63,173 nt of DNA from Pseudomonadota bacterium (GCA_038522255.1 JBCBKF010000001.1:1-63173), one strand, 5' to 3'; shown: positions 1 to 8,967, numbered from the stretch's first letter. The notes: generated by a model not told the origin, from the sequence alone. A program made the numbers and translations.

Positions 1-89
1 CCCGCATTCCAAATATGACAATCGACGCCGGGAATTAGCTCCACCTTCTCTTCGAACCGCTCTCGTAACGATCTGCCCGCTCTTCGCAT
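1..89 (-). CDS. 5' part of an HNH endonuclease that wraps around to the window end
   Basis: ATG at 89 with GAGG RBS gives MRRAGRSLRERFEEKVELIPGVDCHIWNA, the usual N-terminus of phage HNH proteins; continues as RTTGYG...AHRVAYELY at 63173-62782. Confidence 0.75.
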   Translation of the reverse strand, partial: MRRAGRSLRERFEEKVELIPGVDCHIWNA

Positions 90-119
90 CTGTCGCCTCG
101 CGCTAACATATTGCCTGTA

Positions 120-154
120 TGCGAATATATTAGCACGATGCACGAAGGGCGCAA
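120..154 (-). promoter_or_regulatory. Leftward promoter overlapped by a 16-bp operator
   Basis: Operator TGCGAATATATTAGCA 120-135; minus-strand TTGCGC-N16-TAATAT with a TGn extended -10. Confidence 0.65.
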
Positions 155-238
155 GGGGAATTTGTGGGGATGCAAAAACAGGGAGGGCGTAGCAGGGCAG
201 TCGATCCGGACGAGAATGGTCCGGATGCGTGAGGGAAG

Positions 239-1264
239 TTACAACCTGGCGGCGATATCCTCGGCAGTTTCTCGGTAGTAGACCTCTTGCAGAATACGTA
301 GATCAGTATGCCCGCTGATCTTTGCGAGCGTCATCACGTCGATCTTGCGAGAAAGGCGGGTTAGAGCTTCAGCCCGCGAATCGTGGAAGCGCAGGCCTTC
401 GATCAGCAGGGAATCTCGGGCCTTGCGGAATAGAACATCAAGAACCTTCGCCGAAACGGTAAAGCACTGTTCGCGATCCGCAACCGGCGCAAGCAGCCGT
501 ATCGCGTGTGGGGACAGCGGAATTTGGCGTGGGCGCCCAGTGACGTACTGCATTTTGTGTTTGACCGTGGCAACTCGTCGCTGCATATCCAGCGTTGCCC
601 GACCCAGCCGAAGTATCTCGCTCACACGCATTGCAGTCCGCAGAGCCACAAGAAAGGCTAGGGCGACTTCCTGGCTCTTTGTCACGGGCGGCACGCCTAC
701 CCGATAACCAAGGCGCCGGCAGATACGCCTGACTTCGCCAGGCAATACACGGCGCGACCGCGGCGGCCCATCGCTGGGCATCGTCAGGCCCTTGAACGGG
801 TTGTGCTCCAGCCAATGCCACTCATCCCGCGCGGTCAGAAATGCGTTGCGGAGCCAGTTGATGTCGCGGAGAACAGTGGAGGGGGAAACGGCGCGCGTCT
901 TGCTCCCATCGGGCAACTTGCCATTGACCCGGGCGTCGCGCCACGCTGCTATATCCGGTGTCTTGGTGTCAGCCAATGATTTTGCGGACAGGTCCGGGAA
1001 GTCTCGGATGAATGCGTCGATCCTTAGACCCTCGGCGCGCGATCCGCCTTTCTTGGCAGAAACCTCTTCCTTGTAGCGCAGAAGCATTTCGGCCACTGTG
1101 TGCCTTGCGGCGGGCGCCATGGCTTTCTGCTCGCGCAGCTCGGTTTCGCGGGCGGATGCCCATGCCTGAGCCTCGCGCTTGGTGCGGAATATCTTGGAGT
1201 CACGGGTGCCGGCTACGTAGACTTGGACACGCCAGCCCGTGCCGTGCTGCGAGAAGGATGCCAT
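239..1264 (-). CDS. int: Tyrosine integrase
   Basis: TAMRVSEI (R), HDSR (HxxR), GH and C-terminal YY catalytic motifs; N-terminal WRVQV arm-binding-like domain; adjacent to attP. Confidence 0.95.
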   Translation of the reverse strand: MASFSQHGTGWRVQVYVAGTRDSKIFRTKREAQAWASARETELREQKAMAPAARHTVAEMLLRYKEEVSAKKGGSRAEGLRIDAFIRDFPDLSAKSLADTKTPDIAAWRDARVNGKLPDGSKTRAVSPSTVLRDINWLRNAFLTARDEWHWLEHNPFKGLTMPSDGPPRSRRVLPGEVRRICRRLGYRVGVPPVTKSQEVALAFLVALRTAMRVSEILRLGRATLDMQRRVATVKHKMQYVTGRPRQIPLSPHAIRLLAPVADREQCFTVSAKVLDVLFRKARDSLLIEGLRFHDSRAEALTRLSRKIDVMTLAKISGHTDLRILQEVYYRETAEDIAARL

Positions 1265-1279
1265 CGTGGGGAATTACGC

Positions 1280-1489
1280 GCGTAATCTTTGGGTAGTACA
1301 GTCTACGAAAAGCAACGCTTAGTGGCAAACCTTGGATCGCGCCGATCCCCAATTGTGGATATCCAACCCCTTGTTTATCAAGGTGTTACGTGACGCGAGA
1401 AATGCTGGGAATCGGTAGTGGTGCCCGGAGCCGGGATCGAACCTGGCTTAGTTTGTTGATTTATGGTGTCTGTGCGTAAATAATGGGGA
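1280..1489. other. attP region: core matching a tRNA 3' end (1419-1443), IHF site and arm-type repeats
   Basis: Reverse complement of 1419-1443 is GGTTCGATCCCGGCTCCGGGCACCA (T-arm plus acceptor 3' strand with CCA, tRNA-Leu-like); IHF consensus TATCAAGGTGTTA 1376-1388; direct repeats GCGTAA-N4-TGGG(T/G)A at 1280-1295 and 1474-1489. Confidence 0.85.
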
Positions 1490-1510
1490 AAATTCACGCA
1501 CGAGGGAACC

Positions 1511-1996
1511 ATGGCTAGCATCACCAAGTTCGGCGAGAAGTGGCGCGCTCAAATCAAGATTCGCGGGAATCGTGCTTCCAAGGTGTTTTGCACGGAAGAG
1601 GACGCCAAGGGCTGGGCCTCCCAGTATGAGGCAAGGGCGTTGCGCCGAGCCGAGCTTCGGGAGTTGGTGGAGGTGGGCGCCGGTTTGCCAAACTTCCCGG
1701 AGCGCATCCTTCAGGCGATGGCTGACGCTCCCTTGAGCCGCAGCGAAATACTAGGTGCGGCCATACCAACAAGCGTTATCTGCGGGATCTACTTCCTCAT
1801 CAAGCGAGATCGCATCGTCTATGTCGGGCAGTCGAAGAATGTTCTTCGGCGCATAGCGAGGCACATTGACGATGGCCGGGAGTTTGATCGCTTCACGATC
1901 TCCCCGTGCAAGGAAGAGGATTTGGACCGGATGGAGGCGACGTACATCTCTGCCCTCTACCCGGACCAAAACGTGATGTTGGGAAAGGCCGCGTAA
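1511..1996 (+). CDS. Integrase-N-terminal-like domain fused to a GIY-YIG nuclease domain
   Basis: First ~40 aa align with the integrase N-terminus; GIYFL...VYVGQSKNVLRRIARH...E is a GIY-YIG motif. Confidence 0.85.
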   Translation: MASITKFGEKWRAQIKIRGNRASKVFCTEEDAKGWASQYEARALRRAELRELVEVGAGLPNFPERILQAMADAPLSRSEILGAAIPTSVICGIYFLIKRDRIVYVGQSKNVLRRIARHIDDGREFDRFTISPCKEEDLDRMEATYISALYPDQNVMLGKAA

Positions 1997-2002
1997 AGCC
2001 GA

Positions 2003-2218
2003 TCAGTCTGCAGTGAGAAGGCGGTCGATTTGCTCGACGGGGATCAGGCCGCACCCATTCAGGCGCAATTGCCCGGATTGCACCAGCTTGCGGACAGTGG
2101 GGCGGCTTAGCTCGAGCATTTCTGCCGCCTGGGTCATCGTGACATGCCGGGGTCTTGGGTGTCGTTCTGCGTAGAGTTGGACGGCGCGCAAGGCGGTATT
2201 CAGTTCGCTCTGACTCAT
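2003..2218 (-). CDS. Excisionase-like HTH protein
   Basis: Short; VTMTQAAEMLELSRPTVRKLVQSGQL winged-helix pattern; next to attP. Confidence 0.75.
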   Translation of the reverse strand: MSQSELNTALRAVQLYAERHPRPRHVTMTQAAEMLELSRPTVRKLVQSGQLRLNGCGLIPVEQIDRLLTAD

Positions 2219-2796
2219 GCTTGCACCCCCGTCAGCCACGCCGCAGCCTCATCCCGCCGAATCAACTTCCCGGCCCGCTCGCAGTCCCGCAGAGCCCTCT
2301 TGGCCTCCGCCCGCGCCATAGCCTCCGGGTTCTTCTTGACGTTGATCCGGTAGCGGCGATTCCGCTCCGTCATCGTCATCGGCTCGGGCCATGCGGCATC
2401 CTCTCCGGGGCCGAGCTTCCACAGCTTCGGGCGATAGCCGCCTTTCCCGCGCTCGCCATACCCGCCGACGTGTACTTCTGCTGAGTGATGCAGGCGCATT
2501 TCGTTGTAGACATGCCTGCGAGATATGCCAGTGCGTTTCTCGATCTCGATCGGCGACAGCATCTCGCCAGATTCCAGCAGCTTCCGAATCACCCGCCATG
2601 CAGGCGAGTTACCCCGCTTCGTCAAATGGCCACGCTGTCCAAGCTGCAGCACAATGGCGCGCTTGTTGATCGCGATCTCGCTGCGCCCTGGCAGCAGATC
2701 CACCCACATCCTGATCGGCTTGTCGGTATGCCAGTGGTCCACGATGATCTTGTCTTCCTCGGGGCTCCACTTGAGCTTGCTTGATCTTTCGGTCAT
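2215..2796 (-). CDS. Hypothetical DNA-binding protein (Myb-like WSPEED plus winged HTH)
   Basis: Overlaps neighbouring genes start-to-stop; motif pattern. Confidence 0.6.
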   Translation of the reverse strand: MTERSSKLKWSPEEDKIIVDHWHTDKPIRMWVDLLPGRSEIAINKRAIVLQLGQRGHLTKRGNSPAWRVIRKLLESGEMLSPIEIEKRTGISRRHVYNEMRLHHSAEVHVGGYGERGKGGYRPKLWKLGPGEDAAWPEPMTMTERNRRYRINVKKNPEAMARAEAKRALRDCERAGKLIRRDEAAAWLTGVQA

Positions 2797-3305
2797 TCCT
2801 GTTCCTCCATGGCCCTCTGCACTGCGGCCTTGATGGCTTCCCTCGTTGCATCCCCGCCAGCGTGCAATCCACGCTGATAACAAACGGCCCGAGACATGCC
2901 CGCATACGCGCTAGGGTTCACTGCGATTTGCGCCTCGACCTGTAGGGCGGCCACGATTCGCTCGCGTTCCGCCTGGTGCTTGGCGGCCATCTCGTTGATC
3001 GACTCGGCGAACTGATCAGCCGTCGGCGAGAACGTCGCGGCGATGTCTGCGCGCACGTACTCGGTGGCGTCTGGCGAACTGGCCGACGTGGCTCCGTCCG
3101 GGCCCATGTAAAGCCGCTCGGGCATTCCATCGGCCGGCGCGTGGATGGGCTGATTCAACCGCTCGGCAATCCAGCGTGCCGCGGCATGCCTTTCCTCTTC
3201 CGTCGCAAAGCCCGTTACCTCAAGCCTCACGTCGGGGAAGAGGCGCGCATGAACCACATCGCCGCTTTCGTCCGCCAGCCAGTGGCCGGTTGCTAGGGGT
3301 TCCAT
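2793..3305 (-). CDS. Hypothetical phage protein
   Basis: Start/stop overlap with the downstream gene; start trimmed to MEPLATG. Confidence 0.6.
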   Translation of the reverse strand: MEPLATGHWLADESGDVVHARLFPDVRLEVTGFATEEERHAAARWIAERLNQPIHAPADGMPERLYMGPDGATSASSPDATEYVRADIAATFSPTADQFAESINEMAAKHQAERERIVAALQVEAQIAVNPSAYAGMSRAVCYQRGLHAGGDATREAIKAAVQRAMEEQE

Positions 3306-3307
3306 GG

Positions 3308-3442
3308 CTAGTGACCGCAGGGCGGCGCCTCTCCATCCATCACGGGCGCACCGCAACCGATGCACTTGCGCTCGGCCACCGGCTCTTCCGGCAGGCTCAG
3401 ATCAGGATTCGTCCACTCATCCAGGTTCGGTTTCGTTTCCAT
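3308..3442 (-). CDS. Small Cys-containing protein (METKPNLDEW...CIGCG...CGH, 44 aa; not in the ORF track)
   Basis: Manual translation; first ORF after the operator at 3445-3460. Confidence 0.5.
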   Translation of the reverse strand: METKPNLDEWTNPDLSLPEEPVAERKCIGCGAPVMDGEAPPCGH

Positions 3443-3487
3443 GGTGCGAATATATTGGCAGTGGGGTTAAAAGAAATTGGCGTGCGA

Positions 3488-3600
3488 TTGCGCTTAGGTA
3501 AGACGGTTGGTATAATTGATAGTAGTCATGACTCAAGCTCCTATGGCTTGGGTTGTGATTAGGCGGCCTCGGTGCTGGAACACCTTGGCCGCCGCCCTCT
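3488..3600 (+). ncRNA. SymR-like antisense sRNA with its own sigma70 promoter
   Basis: TTGCGC-N17-TATAAT (3488-3516), then hairpin AGTCATGACTCAAGC...GCTTGGGTTGTGATTAG and hairpin GGCGGCC...GGCCGCC, the same layout as E. coli SymR. Confidence 0.6.
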
Positions 3601-3687
3601 TATGCTTATGAACAGCTGCGCGCGATGCGCGCCAATCATTAAGCCGCGACTCGAAAAAAATCACGCGGCGGGGCATTAGCGGCGCCA

Positions 3688-3945
3688 TCACATCGCAATC
3701 TGCGCTTTCCCCATCTGCACCAACTTGCCAAAATCCTGGCCCTTTTCACTGGCCAGCATTTTTATTTTGGCGGCGTTGACTTCGGCGCTGATACTGTCGT
3801 TCAACACCTTCATATTTGCCGCGATTGCCATTCCGCGCTCGACAGACATATCGCCGTTTTTCAAGGCCATGATCGTTTCAAGAATCAGGCGGCGGGCGTC
3901 TCCGGTCGTCATGATCGAAACTGGGTTCTGGATGATTTCGTTCAT
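3688..3945 (-). CDS. Hypothetical protein
   Basis: ATGA overlap with the upstream gene. Confidence 0.65.
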   Translation of the reverse strand: MNEIIQNPVSIMTTGDARRLILETIMALKNGDMSVERGMAIAANMKVLNDSISAEVNAAKIKMLASEKGQDFGKLVQMGKAQIAM

Positions 3946-4373
3946 TTGGTCAGCCTCTTGATTTGACGGTTAAGTTCGATTTGAAGTCTGTGAAGTTCGA
4001 TCTGCTCGCGCTTCATGGCGTAGAGTTCTTCAGTTAGTTGTGCAGTAGGGATATTTAATTTACATGCAATGTATGCGCGACTTAGCTCAGCCCTGTTTTT
4101 TGTACTATTAGCACGATTCGCATCGGGATTTTTGGCTGCCCATCTGCGCCACTTAGCTCGCATCACCTCTGCGTTTTTAGCGTAATATTTACTGCCCCTA
4201 TCCGGCTCTTTGGTGCGTCGCTCCAGATCAAATATCCGCATGCATTCGGCGCAAGCTTTGGTGCTAATTAAACGCTCAGCCATATGCCCGCGCTTGCACG
4301 GCTTGCCGGTGAAATATCGCTTCAATCCTCGCGCTATGGCTTCTTTGCGAGAAATGATTTCCGGTTGATCCAT
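3942..4373 (-). CDS. Zn-binding protein with an HNH-associated N-terminal domain but no HNH domain
   Basis: SRKEAIARGLKRYFTGKPCKRGH...CAEC, paralogous to the N-terminus of 31057-31773. Confidence 0.7.
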   Translation of the reverse strand: MDQPEIISRKEAIARGLKRYFTGKPCKRGHMAERLISTKACAECMRIFDLERRTKEPDRGSKYYAKNAEVMRAKWRRWAAKNPDANRANSTKNRAELSRAYIACKLNIPTAQLTEELYAMKREQIELHRLQIELNRQIKRLTK

Positions 4374-4539
4374 GATTAGATGGCAGCAAGAAACATCAGG
4401 CTCAGGGCTGCACCGTAGACACAACCAGCGAGAATGGCGCGGCCATCATCACCCATGAGTAAGCCGTCGAACCAGCGCGACCGGTATTGGACGGGGTTGC
4501 TGTATTGCAGGCGTCTTCTGAGGTCCATGGTGGCCTTCG

Positions 4540-5172
4540 TCATGCGGCTTGCTGGCGGAGAATCCGCTCGTTTTCCTGCACCCGAGCTGCGAAGGCCATC
4601 AGCTTCGGCTCCATAGCCTCAATGAAGTCGTCATCGCGCAGCACGCGCCGGTAGTACAGGTCTTTGCCGACGTTCTTGAGCTGCGGCGCGTACATGATGA
4701 AGTCGCAATACTGCCGACCTGTGATCCAGAGCCCGCCTTGGATCTGGTGCATGTATTCCGACAGATCGCCCGTCTGCCACATGTCCAGCACACCGATGGC
4801 GCTCACTAGGCTCTTGATTTCAATGAGCCCATCCTCTTCGATCAGGCCATCGGTCGAGTACCCGAACAGGCGATCGTCCGTCAGCACAACGCCCGATTCG
4901 CTGGCCAGATTGCCGGTGCGGGCCTCATATGCCATCCGAGCCAACGGTTCAAGCTCCTGGCCGCGCCGCATCTGCCATGAATTGAAGCCTTCCTCGCAGG
5001 GCTCACCGCTGATGCGCTCAATCGCCACCTGGGCGGCGTAGAGCGTCGATTTGGAAGAGGGCGCACCGCTCTTCAGGGTTTCGACGGCATCGCGGAACCG
5101 GCTGGCCGTAATCACGCCGGCGCGAGCCGACAGCCATTCTTGAGTGCCTTGTGCGCATTCGATCAGAATCAT
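4540..5172 (-). CDS. YqaJ/lambda-exonuclease family nuclease
   Basis: QGTQEWLSARAGVITAS, RRGQELEPLAR, STDGL, IEIK and YMHQIQ motifs. Confidence 0.92.
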   Translation of the reverse strand: MILIECAQGTQEWLSARAGVITASRFRDAVETLKSGAPSSKSTLYAAQVAIERISGEPCEEGFNSWQMRRGQELEPLARMAYEARTGNLASESGVVLTDDRLFGYSTDGLIEEDGLIEIKSLVSAIGVLDMWQTGDLSEYMHQIQGGLWITGRQYCDFIMYAPQLKNVGKDLYYRRVLRDDDFIEAMEPKLMAFAARVQENERILRQQAA

Positions 5173-6161
5173 TGCTCGCTCCCGACAGAGTCCATTTGGC
5201 GGACGAATTCATCATCAACCGGCGGCGCTTCAGTCGCCTTCGGCATCTCCACGGTTCGCGCTTCGTCAGCAGCCGCGCGCAGGGCCGTACGATGGTCCTG
5301 GATGGTCTTTTTGAGCCGCGTGTGGTCTTGCGGCTGCTTGGCAAGACGGCCGTTGTTGGTTTTCCAATAGGCGAGGGCGTCTGCGTCGGTCTTGGTGGCC
5401 AGCGCCTCGGCGATCATCGGCGTCACGTCAATGCGGTCATCGGCCGACGCGCTGGCACCGTTGTCGAACTGGATGCCCTCGTCGCCATCGGTGTTCAAAT
5501 AGTGGATGGCGTTGTCGAGGCGCTCCGTTTTCGGCCACAGCTTGTAGGCGCGCTTGATGACGGTCTTTTTCGCCATCTCGCCGGGGTCCGTCACCCATGG
5601 GCAGCTTTTCTTCTTGCTGATCCACGCCTTCCATGCGCTGGAGCGGTCGCGGATGCCGTTGACCTCGTCAAGGGTCATAGTCGTGGTCAGATAGTCTCCG
5701 TCATGTGTCTTGACAACGACGTAGACGCCGACCACTTCGCCGCGGTCCTTGGCGAATGGGTTGCGCTCATGCCGCGGCGGCTTGTCGAAACCGTTCAGCG
5801 CGAAAGCGTCCGATTCGTAGACGATCTCGGCCTGCCCCCAACGGATCGAGCCCGAGCCGATGGCCAGGTCAAGCAAGCCCATGTAGCTGATGTCGAGGCA
5901 AATCTTGCCGTCGCGCGGCACCAGATACGCCTGCTTCTTGGCCGGGTTCAAGCTGATGCCGATGGCTGCAACGTTCGTGACCGCATTGATGACGGACTGC
6001 CGATTGCTTTGAGCGATGCCCATCGCATAGTCATTGCCGGTCAGGATCTGGACGGCAAAGCCCGCCTCTCGCTCAAAGTTCAGCGACCGATCCGTCAGGA
6101 CGGCCGCGAAGCTATCGCGCGCCTCTTGGATGGTGCCGGTGATGATCTGCAGGGCGTTCAT
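5169..6161 (-). CDS. recT: RecT-family single-strand annealing recombinase
   Basis: GISLNPAKKQAYLVP, ISYMGL, W...EMAKKTVIKRA motifs; paired with the exonuclease. Confidence 0.9.
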   Translation of the reverse strand: MNALQIITGTIQEARDSFAAVLTDRSLNFEREAGFAVQILTGNDYAMGIAQSNRQSVINAVTNVAAIGISLNPAKKQAYLVPRDGKICLDISYMGLLDLAIGSGSIRWGQAEIVYESDAFALNGFDKPPRHERNPFAKDRGEVVGVYVVVKTHDGDYLTTTMTLDEVNGIRDRSSAWKAWISKKKSCPWVTDPGEMAKKTVIKRAYKLWPKTERLDNAIHYLNTDGDEGIQFDNGASASADDRIDVTPMIAEALATKTDADALAYWKTNNGRLAKQPQDHTRLKKTIQDHRTALRAAADEARTVEMPKATEAPPVDDEFVRQMDSVGSEQ

Positions 6162-7378
6162 GCTGCCTTCTCCATCTGGGCCTCGAAGGCGGCGACGTTG
6201 AATCGCTCTAGCCAGCCGACCACATCGCCATTGGTGACGCCGTAGTGGGCGGCCAGCAATTCGACGATTGCCACGTCACCGGGACCGTTCAGTTCGAACT
6301 GCACTCGCTCACGGCGGACGCGCTCAGCTTCGGCGGCAGCCTGTTCGTCAGCGATGCGCTGGGCCTCGGCGCGCGCTGCAGCTTCCGTCTCTTCCCGCTT
6401 GCGGCGTTCTTCGGCTTCGGCGGCCTCGCGCTTGGACTGGGCTTCAGCCTCAATCGCTGCCAGACGCTCGCGCTCAATGCGCTCGGCCTCAGCACGCTGG
6501 GCGGCGACTGCGGCCTGCTCGCGGGCCAGTGCGGCCCGTTCCTCGGCCATCCGCCGTTCGTGCGCTTCGCGCTCCGCACGCATCAGGGCCTCAGCCTTTT
6601 CTTGTGCCGCTCGCTGTTCGGCCTCGACGCGCTCACGCTCCGCCCGATCTCGCGCCTCCTGTGCGGCACGTTCGGCAGCGGCTTGGCGCTCACGCTCTGC
6701 GGCTTCGGCGCGCTCCTTGGCAAGGGCTTCGCGTTCGGCGGCAAGACGGGCCTGTTCAGCTTCGTGCGACTGTTGGGCCGTCAGGGCATCTTGCATCTTC
6801 CCGAGCGCAACGCACTTGGCTTGGTCCGCTTCGCCAGCGAACTCCATGAACTCTTCGAGCGTGATTTCGTGCGCCGACAGTTCGTTGATCGCGCCTTGGA
6901 TCGCGGCAGCGGACTGGCCTACGCATTCGGTGGGGCAAGTCTTGATCTCGTCGATCAGCTTGCGGATGCCGTCAACGCGAGCCTTCTCGGCTGCGAGCTT
7001 GGCTTGTTTCTCTGCGTCCTTCCGGCGCTCTTCAGCCTTGATCGCATCATCGAACCGCTTCTCGTAGGGCTCGACCTCGGCGGCGATCTCCTTCGCCTTG
7101 CCATCCAGCAGGCGGCCAATTTCCAGAATCGGCGCCTTGCGCTCGGTGCGGGCCTTTTCGATTGCAAGCCGGAACTCATCACGGAACACCGCACGGTGCT
7201 TCTTGGCGACCTCCATGCCGGCCGTGGTGGTGACGTCGAACGTTGCTTCGTCGGCCGCCTTCTTGGCCGCGTCCAACTTCTCGCGGAACGGCGCATAGAT
7301 GGCAGCAACGTACGATTGCGGATCAAGCGTGATGATGGCGGTCGGCGGTGCTGCATCGACCTGGGCGATATCGGTCAT
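6158..7378 (-). CDS. Long coiled-coil (Ala/Glu/Arg-rich) protein of the recombination module
   Basis: Heptad-rich sequence; GGAGG RBS; first gene after three tandem operators. Confidence 0.8.
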   Translation of the reverse strand: MTDIAQVDAAPPTAIITLDPQSYVAAIYAPFREKLDAAKKAADEATFDVTTTAGMEVAKKHRAVFRDEFRLAIEKARTERKAPILEIGRLLDGKAKEIAAEVEPYEKRFDDAIKAEERRKDAEKQAKLAAEKARVDGIRKLIDEIKTCPTECVGQSAAAIQGAINELSAHEITLEEFMEFAGEADQAKCVALGKMQDALTAQQSHEAEQARLAAEREALAKERAEAAERERQAAAERAAQEARDRAERERVEAEQRAAQEKAEALMRAEREAHERRMAEERAALAREQAAVAAQRAEAERIERERLAAIEAEAQSKREAAEAEERRKREETEAAARAEAQRIADEQAAAEAERVRRERVQFELNGPGDVAIVELLAAHYGVTNGDVVGWLERFNVAAFEAQMEKAA

Positions 7379-7396
7379 TTCTTCCTCCTGGGTGTT

Positions 7397-7447
7397 TGCG
7401 AATGTCTTAGCATGCGTGAACATTAGCACGTAGCGAATACATTAGCA
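7397..7447. promoter_or_regulatory. Three tandem 16-bp operators
   Basis: TGCGAATGTCTTAGCA, TGCGTGAACATTAGCA, AGCGAATACATTAGCA. Confidence 0.75.
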
Positions 7448-7499
7448 AGCATCGGAAAGAAAAAGCGCCACGAAGGGCGCTTGTGTGTGGCGGCGAGAC

Positions 7500-7853
7500 T
7501 CAGTCGTCCCACCCCAACTCTTTTGCCAGCCGCTCATTCTCTCGCCTGACGCACGCCCCGCATACCTGATACACCGGGCCGCTCATGCCCTCCTCAAAAT
7601 CGCGGCGCGGGCGCAAGTCGGTTGCGTTGGTCTTGCACCAGTCGCAGGGGCCGTGCCGGGCCTCGTCCTTGTGGCGCTTGAATTCTTCACGGCACTCTTG
7701 GCACATGTCGATGTACTCAGCGCCGAAGGAATCTGTCTCGCCCTGGACGCGGGTGACGGCTGGGCGGTCTTGGTGCTGATCGCACATCGTGCCGACTGGT
7801 ACAGCATGAGCGCTACCAGGAAGGGAAGAGCAGGGGCCGCTGACGTGTGCCAT
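7500..7853 (-). CDS. Cys-rich (zinc-finger-like) hypothetical protein
   Basis: Several CxxC/CxxH pairs; GGAG RBS. Confidence 0.7.
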   Translation of the reverse strand: MAHVSGPCSSLPGSAHAVPVGTMCDQHQDRPAVTRVQGETDSFGAEYIDMCQECREEFKRHKDEARHGPCDWCKTNATDLRPRRDFEEGMSGPVYQVCGACVRRENERLAKELGWDD

Positions 7854-7935
7854 TGGTATCTCCGAAGAAGGGTGCCAGTTACGGGTCTGGCGTCCGCCTT
7901 ATCGGTGCGGCCGGTTTTTCTGTTGGTGCGCTGAG

Positions 7936-8370
7936 CTATCGCCGGTCTTCTGTGGCAGGCTCAAGTTCAAAGATGTAGTGGCCGCCGCGCCGCGACTGCA
8001 CCCAAACCAGATGCCACAGCATCGAACTTTCCTGCATTGCTCGAATGAGGGTTTCGTTGCCGGACCAGCCGGCTGTCGAAACGTGATAACGGCGGACCAT
8101 CTTCTTTGCGTCCCACTCATCGGGTTCGTCGGCCTCGCTCCATCCCCAATCATGGAGATACCAGAGGTCTGCAACGAACTTGAGCCATCCACGCGGATCG
8201 GACCAGTGCCATGTGCGAATCCTGTCGCAAGCAAGGTCGGTCGGATAGCCGTCGTCATCCAGATTTTCGCCATCCTGATCCATCAAGGCCTGCCATTTGG
8301 CGCGCGCGTGGCGGTCCAGTTCTTCCGCCGCTTGGCGTAGCTCGGCTCGCTTGGATTCAGGATTGGACAT
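7936..8370 (-). CDS. Hypothetical phage protein
   Basis: Trp-rich ORF with STAGWSGNE motif; first ORF after the non-coding array. Confidence 0.7.
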   Translation of the reverse strand: MSNPESKRAELRQAAEELDRHARAKWQALMDQDGENLDDDGYPTDLACDRIRTWHWSDPRGWLKFVADLWYLHDWGWSEADEPDEWDAKKMVRRYHVSTAGWSGNETLIRAMQESSMLWHLVWVQSRRGGHYIFELEPATEDRR

Positions 8371-8405
8371 GGTCTCGATCTCGGATGATGCGATGGCGGG
8401 TAATC

Positions 8406-8476
8406 TGGCGCCCCTGCGCGGAATCGAACCGCGCTACTGCACGAATAGACAAGTTCGCCGTAGTCCAACCCGGGGC
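8406..8476 (-). ncRNA. tRNA-like element lacking a canonical D-arm
   Basis: Acceptor GCCCCGG/CAGGGGC-G-CCA, perfect T-arm CGCGG-TTCGATT-CCGCG, and one long central stem with loop CTTGTCTA. Confidence 0.6.
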
Positions 8477-8479
8477 ATT

Positions 8480-8967
8480 TGCCGAGCTCTCCCGGCAGTC
8501 ACGCGCGACAAGCTCGTCAGCAGAAAGCCGCGTTCGCTACTCTGCATAGCCCAGCAAGCTGGGCGAACTTTTAGAGGGGCCGGCGCTGCTTAATGCCGAC
8601 ATGGTCCAGTTCGAGATACGTCCGCTCGACCGCGTGCCCGGGTTCACTATCACGCGCGCATCAGCCTGCGCATTCCCTCACGTCATGGCGCCTGGGCGCG
8701 ACTTCCAGATAACGCGTCTTCGCCATGCGTGAAGGTTGAGGGCCGGGCGCGACTCCGGTAGGTAGCCTCTGGCAGCCACAGCGGTTTCCCGCCTCCCGTG
8801 TATTCCCGGCCACGACGCCACATGTCCAGATGTTCACCGAGCTATCGGTGCATTCCCTCAAGTGAGCGCCCTAGAAGCCAGTTTCCACCTGCTCGCTACG
8901 GGCTGGCTTTCCGTGCGGCGAAGGGCTAGGCACGCTCGCTTGAGAGTGCCGGTTACGCTTTTCCGGC
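8480..8967 (-). ncRNA. Array of interlocking hairpin and cloverleaf RNA modules
   Basis: Long stems 8855-8946 and 8675-8735 overlap multibranch elements 8736-8861 and 8574-8679 through a shared TGAGGG; motifs shared with 25631-25968. Confidence 0.55.

Noticed and set aside
1419-1443. Complete tRNA gene
   Set aside because: Only the T-loop and acceptor 3' strand are present, as expected for an attP core
7397-7447. Tandem 16-bp repeats as a mini-CRISPR array
   Set aside because: Gaps are 0-3 bp, the repeats are degenerate palindromes that recur at promoters, and no cas genes are present; these are operators
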